A stretch of 64,000 bases of DNA from Octopus sinensis. Lineage: Eukaryota. The notes beneath the pieces were generated by a model. That model did no database searches and had not been told where the DNA came from. It worked only from the letters and a program-made list of their open reading frames with translations. Numbering within the stretch: the first letter of the stretch is position 1; every line of letters starts with the position of its first letter. The translations under genes were made by a program, and so were the position numbers. Where the stretch lies: NCBI RefSeq assembly GCF_006345805.1, contig NC_043002.1:66650001-66714000 (forward strand), in the 5' to 3' direction. Of the stretch, positions 26,888 to 38,800 are shown piece by piece.

Positions 26888-27027
26888 AGAGAAGAAGAAG
26901 AAGAAGAAGAAGAAGAAGAAGAAGAGAAGAAGAAGAAGAAGAAGAAGAAGAAGAAGAAGAAGAAGAAGAAGAAGAAGAAGAGAAGAAGAAGAAGAAGAAG
27001 AAGAAGAAGAAGAAGAAGAAGAAGAAG
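26888..27027 (+). repeat. (GAA)n tract with two register shifts
   Basis: Direct reading. Confidence 0.95.
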
Positions 27028-27430
27028 CTTGAGAAAGTAAGGCAAGTTTAAATAAATAAATAAGCAAACAAACAAACACAACAAGCACACTTGAAATGAA
27101 TACTAAACGCGACAATAACGATAGCAGATGGCAGAACATCTCAGCAGCAACGGTAGCAACAACCTCAAGAAGCTGTTTCTTGATTATAAGATAAAGATAA
27201 ACTAACTAATATACCCTTTACCACCTGCTTATTCATTAGTTCTAATTAGAGATCTCAAGTGTCATGAAATTTGAATAAAAAATGCTTAACACATTAATCT
27301 CAATTAACTCGGGTAAAACTCTAACACAGACACTCAGATTGCTAGATACAGCAGCCGAATCTTCCTCAAATCAGACTATATTACTTTAGAAAAGGATATA
27401 TTGAATGATGTAGTAATATGGGTGCTGAAT

Positions 27431-27590
27431 AAGCGGTGAGTTGGTAGAATTGTTACTACACCGGACGAAATGCGTATCGGTATTTCGTCCGTCTTCAGTT
27501 ACTGTATTCAAAATTCTACCGAAGTCGTTTTCCCTTTCATCCAGTTGAGTACTGGGGTCAATGTAATCGACTACCCACTTCACCAATATT
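27431..27590 (+). mobile_element. SINE family B whose tail seeds the minisatellite
   Basis: Degenerate head and ccagttgagtactggggtcaatgtaatcgac body. Confidence 0.75.
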
Positions 27591-28155
27591 GCTAGCCTTG
27601 TGCCGAAATTGCTAGCCTTGTGCCGAAATTGCTAGCCTTGTGCCGAAATTGCTAGCCTTGTGCCGAAATTGCTAGCCTGGTGCCGAAATTGCTAGTCTTG
27701 TACTAACATTGCTAGCCTTATGCCAAAATTGCTAGCCTTGTGCTTAAATTGCTAGTTTTGTTCTGAAATTGCTAGCCTTGTGCCAAAATTGCTAGCCTTG
27801 TGACAAAATTGCTAGCCTTGTGCCAAAATTGCTAGCTTTGTGCATAAATTGCTAGCTTTGTGCTGAAATTGCTAGCTTTGTGCCGAAATTGCTACCCTTG
27901 TGCTTAAATTGCCAGTCCTGTGCCGAAATTGTTAGCCTTGTGCAAAATTGCTAGCCTTATGCTTAAATTGCTAGCTTTGTGCCGAAATTGCTAGCCTTAT
28001 GCCAAAATTGCTATCTTTGTGCTGAAATTGCTAGCTTTGTGCCGAAATTGCTAGCCTTGTGCCGAAATTGCTAGCCTTGTACTTAAATTGCTAATTTTGT
28101 GCTTAAATTGCTAGCCTTCTGCCCAAATTGCTAGCCTTGTGCCGAAATTTGAAAT
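27586..28155 (+). repeat. 20-bp minisatellite, about 28 units, consensus AAATTGCTAGCCTTGTGCCG
   Basis: Clear 20-bp period with one 19-bp unit near 27945. Confidence 0.95.
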
Positions 28156-28859
28156 GAATGTATTCAGTATCTAGTCAGGAAAAATGATGAAATAGCCCCG
28201 GCTGAAAGGTTTTTGATCCTAAATTTGCTTAGCTCTTTGCTTGCCACTGCGTTTTCTTAAGTTTGTCCTAAACAGCCGTATTTGTTTTCAAATTTTTATC
28301 CCTTGCTTCATTCCTTCTGAGTAACATAAAATTTTCTTCTCATAAGTCTCAAGTTACACAGGTGGATGAAAAAAATTGTGTGTATCATATATGATAACTG
28401 GACGCCATGGAAATATATCCTGTGTATCACATGTGATAGCTAAGACAGGCCAAGGGTTAAAATCAAAGTTGAGCGTGAGATAAACAAGAACGGTAACTCT
28501 CTTTTCTAAAAATCCTTTTCTCCAAACTCTTCATGAATTTTGCTCGTGAAGGTTACGTGTAAAACATGAATGTCAAAGAGTCAATGAGAATACTTTCAGA
28601 GTCTAGTCGGTCTGTTAGATATCGCAGAGAGATTTCCCTTAGATCAGACCCTAACATTTTTATAAAGGGAATGGATGTGGAGCTGGGTCAGCTGTAAATA
28701 AGAAAACGATGGAAACATGACCAGGGTTTCTTTGGTGTCGTTAGTCAATGCTGATCTAAAGCTAAACAATATCAAAATGTCATCAAATTTCATTTAATCT
28801 CTTATATCCTAGATACGTTCAAGCATATACGTGTGTGTATGAATGTATGCATGTATGCA

Positions 28860-28864
28860 TGTAT

Positions 28865-28897
<33 letters not shown>

Positions 28898-28938
28898 AGA
28901 GAAACAGACAGACAGATAGGTAGATAGATAGACAGATG

Positions 28939-29011
<73 letters not shown>

Positions 29012-29039
29012 AGTTAGAGATATAAATGTATAAAAATAT

Positions 29040-29121
<82 letters not shown>

Positions 29122-29290
29122 TCATGTATATATATATATGTGTGTGTGTGTGTGTAATTTATAACATATATTATATATAAGTAATTATATATCATATGTG
29201 CATGTATTGTGCGTGAGCGAGAAAGAGTGTGTGTGTGAGTATGCGTGTGTGCACGTGCGTGTGTGTGTGCGTGCATGTGTGTGTGTATGC
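28860..29290. repeat. (GA)n/(TAGA)n/(CA)n/(TA)n compound microsatellite
   Basis: Direct reading. Confidence 0.9.
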
Positions 29291-29689
29291 GTTTATCATG
29301 GCTAAATATGGATTGGTTTCTTTCCACGAGGAAAGTAAAAGTGGGACAGAAAGAGCAAGTCAGCAGCGAGAATAAGAGATAAGCATATGTTCTTGTGTTT
29401 TTATACGAAATATTTAAACGCGTAACCTAAGTGAAAGCAACTCTATTACATCTTTAATTTCCATTATTAATTTTTCATAGAAGATGATTTTTTTTTTTTG
29501 CTTTTATTTTGTACATTTTCTTTGAATTCTCAAGACTGTTTGTTACATCTTTATCAATGAAGACATAAAGTTAATTTTTAATTGTTTTGAAGAGTTTACG
29601 TCTATTTATCAGTCTAATAAAAAAAAGACAATACTTAACGAAGTGTAGTTGTTGTATTGTAGTTAGTCAGAAGATTGTAAGCTAAATAC

Positions 29690-29935
29690 TGTTGTAAGTT
29701 CTATAAAACAGATGAGTGTTATGAGATACAGGTTGTCAATAGGAAGAAAAACGAGGGTAGGGGGAAGAGAAGATTTCCAGTCAATTTGCAGCTCTAGGAA
29801 GGGATGACTAGAGGAAGTTTCTAGTGCGGTGTTTGGGATGTCGAAAGGAAGAAGGATCGGTGCTGCGAGTGGGCTTGGTGGAGATGGTATGTGGCTCTTT
29901 GATTCAAATTGAGAAGAGGTCATTGTAGTAACGTA
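29690..29935 (-). mobile_element. Highly decayed CR1/Jockey-group LINE 3' end
   Basis: Broken frame RYYNDLFS..TR..RHPKHRTRNF.SSLPRAAN resembles such LINE C-termini. Confidence 0.35.
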
Positions 29936-30264
29936 TGAAGAAACAAAGAAATTCCACTGATTTTATCGGACTGGTGATTGAATATTTACTAGTATACCAG
30001 TCAATGATGTTTGTGTGTATAGCAACAACGCCGCTCCAGATTTATGAGTAATTGTAATATCGCTCGCACTTAAAATTCGTTGAGGGTTAACAACTGAGCA
30101 GAGTTTAAGCTTAATTGATTTACCTTTGAAAAAGAACAATAAAAAACAAACCTTTGTGAGGTATGCGGGAGAGATAATCGAAAATTACGAATCCTTGTAT
30201 TTGTAGGGACTCTGAAAGTTATAGTTGGGCGTTAACTGTTCATGAACTGAAGGAAACAATTTCG

Positions 30265-30690
30265 TTCTGTTTACGAGCGGTTTCGGATTGAGTCCCTTTG
30301 CGCGGCACCTGGAGCCTAAAATGTTATCCATTAGATAGCGCTCTCAGTGTTCACAGGTTTATAATAATTCTTTTGCCTTCTGCTGTAGGCGCGACTGACA
30401 AGTATGTGTGGAATCCCGTCGTATATAGATATGTGTGTATGTATAAATATGTGTGTGAGTCTGTGTGTATCTGTCCTTGTGTTTGTCACCACACAGCTTG
30501 AAAACCGATGCTAGTTTGTTTACGTCCCCTTAACTTAGCTGTTAACTAAAAGTAACCGATAGAATACATAACAGATTTAAAGGGGGGAAAATAAATGTTG
30601 GAGTTGATTTGTTCGACTAAGCCCCTTCAATGTAGTGTCACGGAGTGGCTGCAGTCCAATGACTGACAACTGAACGAAGAAAAAAAAAGA
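30265..30690 (+). mobile_element. SINE family A, diverged, containing a 68-bp foreign insert
   Basis: ttgagtccctttgcgcggcacct[insert]ccttctgctgtagg...gagttgatttgttcgact. Confidence 0.7.
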
Positions 30691-31624
30691 CATCGAATAT
30701 TTTTGCCTTTCACTGAAATGATCTTCTTTGTGTCAAAGCCTCGCCAGTCTCTCCGTATTCTTGTAATCATCTTTCATTATCCCAACAAGAAACTGATGTA
30801 TAGGTCACCAACCACGTGTTCCAGTTAAAAAGATTGGGTAAACATTCTTTTGAAAGTCAGCAGCCTCGTAGAAACATTAAGGGAGCTAACATTCTTTTCA
30901 CTCCACCCCCTTTTTCTTCTCTCTCCCTAACATGCCCTTGAGAAACAGGTTTTAATACTCTGGCGGGTAATATATATTTAAAGAAGAGCTTGTTTGGCAG
31001 CTGTCAACGCAACTGAAAATCCAGCGAGCAAATTTATCCCTTTACATCACAGCATACAAAGAATGAGTGCTTTGCCCATAAAATTAATGAGATTGCACTC
31101 ACTTCAAAATCCATGGAATCGCAAATATAAATAATTTAATATTAAATCTGTCTTCAATAATGAAATTAAAGAGAAAAGATGTTTCCCCAAATGTGTAATT
31201 AATTTAATCGAGGGAAGAACCTCAACACGATTAACTTGTTGTCAACAGACAATGGAATATAAAAGTATTCAACCCTGGAGCTAAAATGTTATCCATTAAA
31301 TAGCGCTCTCAGTGTTGTCAGGTTTATAACAATTCTTTTGGTGAGATGCCAAAATAATTGACTTCGTTTTCTGATATGGCTTCAACGGATGCTTTAATCT
31401 GAAACGGAATTAATTTCTATTGATATAATTCCGATACATAACCATGAAATTATTAAATTACATTATGAATTATAACAAATTTTGAATTCAACAATGTTAA
31501 ATCTTTTTTGAAATAGTTGATTATCGTCTGTTTTATTGAATGAGATCGAGTAAGGAAAGTGACGTAGTGTAAAATACAGCACACACTTTACTTCTTTAAT
31601 CGTACGAAGAGGACAATGTCATTT

Positions 31625-31935
31625 GTTCTGGCTTAATGGTTAGGCTGTTCGGCTGCGATCGTATGGTCGTGCGTTCGATACTCGGCGGTGCATTATGTTC
31701 TTGAACAAGACATTTTATTTCACATTGCTCCAATCAACTCTGCTGGCAAAATGAGTAGTACCCATATTTCAAAGGGCTAGCCTTGTCAAACTGTGTCATG
31801 CTAAAGATCCCTGGAACTACATTAAGGTTATGTGTGTCTTTGGAGTGCTTGGCCACTCGCACGTTAATTTTACGAGCAGGCCGTTCTGTTGATCAGTTCA
31901 ACAGGAACACTCGTCGTCTTGACCGACAGAGTGCC
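31625..31935 (+). mobile_element. SINE family C
   Basis: tggcttaatggttagg A box, gttcgatac B box, body matches the 781 copy. Confidence 0.78.
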
Positions 31936-32261
31936 ATTTGTTTTCAATATATTTTGTTTAGTTTCTTGGTGTGAGTGAAAGTGTTCGTTGTATGTGTATG
32001 TGAGTGTAGGTATTTTATATGTATGCTTGTGCGTGGATGTCGGTTTTAATAATAATATATATTCCAGTGAATTGAAGTAGTAGACAGTTATTGGGATGAG
32101 GGTAGTGTAGGTGATGAGTTGAACTCATGCGCGTTCTGGCGACAACATTATTATTTTGGTAAAAGGAAATATATGTCGATCTCAGAAGTCACTAAATCTG
32201 GATTTTATACCACCAACACCATCACACCATTAGAATTTTCAATCATTAATATATTCTATAT

Positions 32262-32424
32262 GGCGTAGGAGTGGCTGTGTGGTAAGTAGCTTGCTTACTA
32301 ACCACATGGTTCCGGGTTCAGTCCCACTGCGTGGAACCTTGGGCAAGTGTCTTCTACTATAGCCTCGGGTCGACCTAAGCCTTATGAGTGGATTTGGTAG
32401 ACGGAAACTGAAAGAAGCCCGTCG

Positions 32425-32470
<46 letters not shown>

Positions 32471-32710
32471 GTGTGTGTGTGTGTGTGTGTGTCTTTGTGA
32501 GTCTGTGTCTGTCCCCCCAACATCGTTTGACAACCGATGCTGGTGTGTTTACGTCGCTGTAACTTAGCGGTTCGGCAAAAGTGACCGATAGAATAAGTAC
32601 TAGGCTTACAAAGAATAAGTCCTGGGGTTGATTTGCTCGACTAAAAGGCGGTGCTCCAGCATGGCCACAGTCAAATGACTAAAACAAGTAAAAGAGTAAA
32701 AGAGTAAAAG
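32262..32710 (+). mobile_element. SINE family A, intact young copy
   Basis: Complete head, internal (TA)(TG) repeat and (GAGTAAAA)n tail. Confidence 0.9.
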
Positions 32711-33159
32711 AAATAATAACGCTTCGTGTCTTACAACTCTTAAGACTGGTTACACGGTTCTCATGGTGTAAAAGTTACCGAGATCAGAACATTCCACCTG
32801 AACGGTATACCAATTTGATACAGGATTACATATCTACTGCTGTGTGGACTAAGACAACCTGAAATAAGTGTTTAAGAAAACTTAGCACCGCCTGAGAATC
32901 GAAACTGTGATCTTGGGATCGGAAGTGTAATACACCTATCATCTAGGTTACGTTATATTCATTTGGCTTATTGTCTTCATTCATTGTATGAAAGCTAAAA
33001 TGATGCAAAGTGCATCGTGACCAGCGATGTATAACAACATCTGACAGTCTGCTCGATCATCTGATCATGTGATATTCACAAATATTTTACATTCTCCGCT
33101 TGTACGGTGTATGTCTTCTTGCCAAATTTTTAATGGTTAAATTATGTGTGGGAAGTATA

Positions 33160-33677
33160 TCTATATATATAAAACTGTTGTTGTGTGAGTGTCTGTCCCC
33201 TTCGATTTAGATTCCTAACTACTCCCACATTTTGCGGTGCAGTTTAGTTAACCAATTCGAGTATCTTATAGTCGTGATCATATCGAGCCCGTCCTGGCTA
33301 TTAGCGCGCGTCTACGATGAGTCTACGATTTTAAAAATAATTTAACATCATTTTTATTCCATTTTAATGCATAAAATGCATCGTATGTCGATGGTGGCGG
33401 AGTTGGCGTCCACGCTCACAGCTGCACCTGTGTTGCTTTTCCCCCTTCTTCCCTCCCTCGTGAAGCTGTGGGGAATGGAGTGTAAGGAAATCAACGTCGT
33501 AAAGCATTGTCAAGGAGACCAGCGTTCTTTTAGAACAACGACTTCATGGCTTGAAGACACCAAAACAGAAATGGCTAAGAAAGCCCGAATTGGCATCTAT
33601 AAGGGAAGTAACTCTCTAAAAATGCTTATATAGTTATTTCCCTTACAAACCCGAGCAACGCCGGGCGATACTGCTAG
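33160..33677 (+). mobile_element. Non-autonomous Helitron
   Basis: A|TCTATATATATAAAA 5' end; subterminal hairpin CCCGAGCAACGCCGGG at 33650-33665; CTAG|T 3' end. Confidence 0.88.
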
Positions 33678-33804
33678 TTTAATATAAACGATGAGCTACT
33701 CATAAAATTATCATAAAAATTCCATTATTCAATTTCAAAATTTACATGTCCGGGTGACTGTAAAGCATTTAGCTTCCCAGTAGTGCAATGTATTACTTCA
33801 TAAC

Positions 33805-33962
33805 AGGAGTGGCTGTGTGGTAAGTAGCTTGCTTACCAACCATATAGTTCCGGGTTCAGTCACACTGCGTGGTACCTTGGGCAAGTGTCTTCTACTATAG
33901 TCTCGGGCCTATCAAAGCCTTGTGAGTGGATTTGGTAGACGGAAACTGAAAGAAGCCCGTCG

Positions 33963-34015
<53 letters not shown>

Positions 34016-34063
34016 TCTATGTTCTTGTCCCCCCAACATTGCTTGACAACCGATGCTGGTGTC

Positions 34064-34143
<80 letters not shown>

Positions 34144-34494
34144 GAGCACTTCTTTCAGTTTCCGTCTACCAAATTCACTCACAAAGCTTTGGTCGGCCCG
34201 AAGCTATAGTAGATGATACTTGCCCAAGGTGCCACGCAGTGGCACTAAACCCGGAACCCGGTTGGTAAGCAAGCTACTTACCACGCAGCCACTTCTGTGC
34301 CTGAGCTCTCTTTACTCTTTTACTCTTTTACTTGTTTCAGTCATTTGACTGCGGCCATGCTGGAGCACCGCCTTTAGTCGAGGAAATCGACCCCGGGACT
34401 TATTCTTTGTAAGCCCAGTACTTATTCTATCGGTCTCTTTTGCCGAACCGCTAAGTGTTGGGGACGTAAACACACCAGCATCGGTTGTCAAGCA
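33805..34494. mobile_element. Rearranged nest of SINE family A pieces around an (AAT)n tract
   Basis: + piece 33805-34063, (AAT)n, - 5' half 34148-34303, - 3' half 34308-34494. Confidence 0.75.
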
Positions 34495-34868
34495 CATGCA
34501 TCACAACCATATGTGCGCGACATGGTGATCTCATATCAAGATAAACAGCACATGACCTTGCAGGTGGAGACCAGTTAGAATTTTCTTCAGATCGAGTAAC
34601 CCATCCCGCTCAAAAAGTCCCTGAATAAGGGTTGTTTAAGGACGTTGAACGAAACACCCATGTTCCAGAGGTGAATTATTCAAACCCCAAAGAATCCTTC
34701 TCAACACATGGCTATGATGCTCCCAACTACTTCTGCTCGTGATCAGAGATGCACGTATCGTCAGCCACTAAGGGACATGCTCAACTGGTTAAGGTCAAAC
34801 AACTGACAAGCAAATCTGTGGTATTGAGCAGAATATTTGCTGTAGCTCATCTTTTATACCAAGACAAA
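34494..34868 (-). mobile_element. Family T element, 5' end joined to a (TAA)n tract
   Basis: Reverse complement of 53511-53870; (ATT)n at 34870-34913. Confidence 0.8.
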
Positions 34869-34916
<48 letters not shown>

Positions 34917-35469
34917 CAGTCTTGGCCAAAAGTCATCCGACAGTAACCCAAAACCAATTAACTCAGGATTTATCTATGTTTAACAACTGAGTGAATTTAT
35001 TAAAAGCAACTAAATATGAAACATCATGAAAATTGTGCAAACTGAAGTCCTTCTTGAGCAACACATTCCAGTCAATGCAGATAGTATTTATGGAATTTTG
35101 ATTTACTGTCGGGTGACCATTGGCCAACCCTTATATACATACATACATACATACATACATACATACACACACAGTAAGCACATAAATGCAAATCAAGGTG
35201 CAAAAAATAGTACTCGAATACCAAAGGTAGAATATGATCGCAACGGTCCGACGAACGATAACGTGAAACATGAGTAAACGTTTGGGAGATGTTTTCGGCT
35301 TTTGTAAAGGTAGATGTGTATGTGTGTGCTGCATGCGTGCGCGCGTGTGTGTACGTATTAAGTTATATATATAGATATATATACATATATATATAAATTA
35401 TATATATATATATATATTAGAATATTTATATATATATATGTGTGTGTGGTTGGTGTGTGTTGTGTGTGT

Positions 35470-36757
35470 GTGTAAAAGGCAGTTTGTCTGTCTGTGTGTC
35501 TGTCAGGTTGTATCCTCACCTGACCACAGCTTTCAACCGATTCTGATGAAACTGACACACAACTAGCCCAATGTCATAATTCAAAACTAACGCACCGAAA
35601 ATTTTGAAAAGTTCCCCCAGTTCCTGAAAAAAATTGATAAATTCGACATGGGGTCGGGAATCTAAGCTTTTCATATGCCAACACATTTTCAGTTGTAGTT
35701 TTCGCAACTTGCAATCGATTTTCACCAAAAAACTCATGGTGAAGCTTAATGTTACCCTAAGAAACTTAATTCTGACGTTAGTTTTCCATGCAATACCTTA
35801 CCATCAGAAAAATCGATAAAATCATGCCATTTTGGGAAATTGCGTTCAAATTCAAGATGACATATTTTCGACAATATCTTTAACAAATTGGCAGGAATTT
35901 TTTTTTAATTCACAGCGAGCATCATGTCTGCTCCAAGGAGCTATATGGCCCTTTTTATTCCAATAGGATACTTTATTACTGGAAAAAATCGGTTAATTAA
36001 ATCATATGTGGCACACATAGCAAACCGATTTGTGTATTAAACACAAACCACAGACTGTCTAGGGGACGCAACTCGACCTTCTTTAACTCTCTTACTCCCC
36101 CAAATAACTATCAAACAGCTATCGATAATTCAACCCACAGGAGGAAATCTAGACTTAATCTTCAATGTATCCCATATACAAACCAAAGGTTACATCGGAA
36201 CCTCCAGACTAACCTAAGTTTTGGTGAACCAATTCCTACGATTATGCTCATCAGGAATTTGGTTCCACCTAAACAGTGCAACGGCACACGTCTGTTGTGA
36301 AACATTTGGCACCACATTTAATAACGGCCACAATACTTACCGGTTGTGGAAGGAGAAGACGTCTTCATTCCAGGCATGCACCTTCAACCGTCGGGCGCTG
36401 ACCTACCAATCCACTTCAGGCGTTCTCAGTTTCCTGTTAAACTCTGCTCCGCAATGTCCATCAATAAATCCCAAGGCCAAACGCTACAAGTCGCTGGGTT
36501 ACATTTGGGCGAACAGTGCTTCGCCCACGGCCAACTCTACGTGGGCTGTTCACGCGTTGGAAGGCGCAATGATGTTTTCATGTTTTCGCCCAAAGGGACA
36601 GCTAGGAACGTCGTATACACAGAAGTATTGGAGTGAAGAGAAGACATTGCAACCTACACATGTGCCTTCGTTCCCTAGAGGGAAAGGACTAGATCGGGAT
36701 TAGTCGTTGCCTACTAGGGGCTCTTACATACCCGGGCAACGCCGGGCTATGCTGCTA

Positions 36758-36758
<1 letters not shown>
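35470..36758 (+). mobile_element. Helitron deletion derivative carrying a helicase remnant
   Basis: 5' taaaaggcagtttgtctgtctg; 3' CCCGGGCAACGCCGGG hairpin then CTAG|T; 5' end approximate. Confidence 0.85.
36195..36636 (+). pseudogene. Helitron RepHel C-terminal PIF1-like SF1 helicase fragment (frameshifted)
   Basis: IMLIRNL..CNGTRL / QFPVKLCSAMSINKSQGQTL / FAHGQLYVGCSRV / NVVYTEVL. Confidence 0.92.
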
Positions 36759-36807
<49 letters not shown>

Positions 36808-36824
36808 ATTATATCTTATGAGTA

Positions 36825-36966
36825 TAAGAAGCTTGCTTCCCAACCACATGGTTCCGGGTTCCGTCCCAGTGCATGGCACCTTGGGCAAGTGTCTCTTACT
36901 ATAGCCTCAGGCTGACCAAAGCCTTGTTAGTGGATTTGGTAGACAGAAACTGAAAGAAGCCCGTCG
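36825..36966 (+). mobile_element. SINE family A 5' half
   Basis: caaccacatggttccgggtt..ccttgggcaagtgtc..gaaactgaaagaagcccgtcg. Confidence 0.8.
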
Positions 36967-37165
36967 TTATATATAATAGAGATAGATATACAAGCATACA
37001 TGCATACATACCATACATACATACATACATACATACATACATAACATACATACATACATACATACATACAACATACATACATAATACATACATGCTGTGT
37101 TTTCCCAAATGGAGGCGAACACCTTTCTCTACGTGATCGGTGAAAAATTGTTATATATATAAACT

Positions 37166-37240
<75 letters not shown>

Positions 37241-37319
37241 AATCTGTTTGTTGCAATATATACCCATACATCTAAAGCAATTTTTCTTCAGGGGCCCTTA
37301 AAATACTATTGTGGATCCC

Positions 37320-37505
37320 CATAACAAGGCTGGCCCTTTGAAATACAGGTACTACTCATTTGAAATATAGGTGCTAAATTTGAAATATAGGCACTACACG
37401 TTGGAGCAACGTGAAATAAAGTGTCTTGCTCAAGGATACAACGCGTCGCTGGGAATTGAACTCACGACCTAACGATCATAAGCCGAATGCTCTAACCACT
37501 AAGCC
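37320..37505 (-). mobile_element. SINE family C with a small internal ~21-bp triplication
   Basis: tttgaaata.agg x3 at 37338-37395; reverse-complement tRNA head ends at ctctaaccactaagcc. Confidence 0.78.
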
Positions 37506-37518
37506 CTCTCTCTCTCTG

Positions 37519-37549
<31 letters not shown>

Positions 37550-37552
37550 TAT

Positions 37553-37591
<39 letters not shown>

Positions 37592-38019
37592 GATAGAGAG
37601 AGAGAGAGAGAGAGAGAGAAGGGAAGAGACAAATAGATAGACAGACAGACAGACCGACTCCTATAGGGCTATGTCGTTCGGAAGATGTCCATTACTAAAC
37701 AGGCTGGCGGACCTCCGTACATCAATCTACAGTCTATTATATCGACCCCTCTACTTGATCGGTACTCGTTTTATGAACTCTAGAAGAATGTAAAGCAAAG
37801 TTGATTTCATTAGGGTTTGAACTCAGAACGTAGAAAGCCAAAACTATTTTGTGTGATCCTAGGATGATTTTGCCTATCCACGATTTATCGGAGGTTTTGG
37901 AACGTGCTAGAGGAAAGTCTGATCAAATAGAGCCTATAGACAGGCGGAGAGGCAGAGAGGAAAGCAAGCAGACAACTGGCAGGCAGAAGCACGGACAGGT
38001 AAGCAGGTAACCATGTATA

Positions 38020-38378
38020 CAAGACTTTTCAGTTGGGGTCCATATGGTGCCTGAAGATCCATATAAGATTTTGTAGGGATCCACACACCAAAATAGTAAA
38101 TTGGGGATCCACAATAGTGATTTAAGGGCCCCTGAAAAAATTTGCTTTTGATGTATGGGTATATACTGCAACAAACAAGTTTCTTTCTCTAATATTTTAC
38201 ATAATTCAGCCAACACAAGTTAAGGTGCGAGAAATAAAATAGAAATTTTGAAAGAAGTATCTATAAACCAGTTTTTAAACATCGAATGGATATGGTATGT
38301 TTGTGTGTGGTTTGGGGTGGTCACCTGAATAGAATATAATTGAGGAGATCCACTGGCAAAAATGGTTGAGAACCCTTG
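38020..38378. mobile_element. hAT/Charlie-like MITE, same family as 14145
   Basis: Shared gatccatataa..atagtaaattg..aagggcc interior; right TIR GGTTGAGAACCCTTG. Confidence 0.65.
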
Positions 38379-38499
38379 CTTTAGATAATCAAGACGTCAA
38401 GGGCAACATAATTGGTTTCGCTGCCTCTAATGTATTCTTTCATTTGTTGGGTCTAGCGAGGTGACAGCACCCAAGGCTTTCTCAAACCGTGTGGGACCC

Positions 38500-38800
38500 A
38501 TGAAATTGAATGTTGTTAATGCTCTTCTTAAACCATCGCAAGTCAACTTCTGCTGGAAAGTCATGGGATGGGCGATAAAGGATGAATGGACATAATTATC
38601 TGTGAGAGGCATGGAAGGATTGGACATAAAACGGAGAGGAGGACATAAGTGGGTCGGAAAAACCTGAAGAGAGGTGGCAAGAGCCCAGCCAGCTCCGAAG
38701 GAGTAGAGACCGTTAGAGTAGCGGTGGAAATGTAGAGAAGAGGGACACCACGACATCATGCCTGTAGGCCAGGGGCTGAGACATGACTGTATGGGTGAGA
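38500..38800 (-). mobile_element. Decayed CR1/Jockey-group LINE 3' end
   Basis: Broken frames QPLAYRHDV / HRYSNGLYS / FPAEVDLRWFKKSIN. Confidence 0.4.

Noticed and set aside
27586-28155. Regular 20-bp array as a possible CRISPR
   Set aside because: There are no unique spacers, the context is eukaryotic and the unit derives from a SINE tail.
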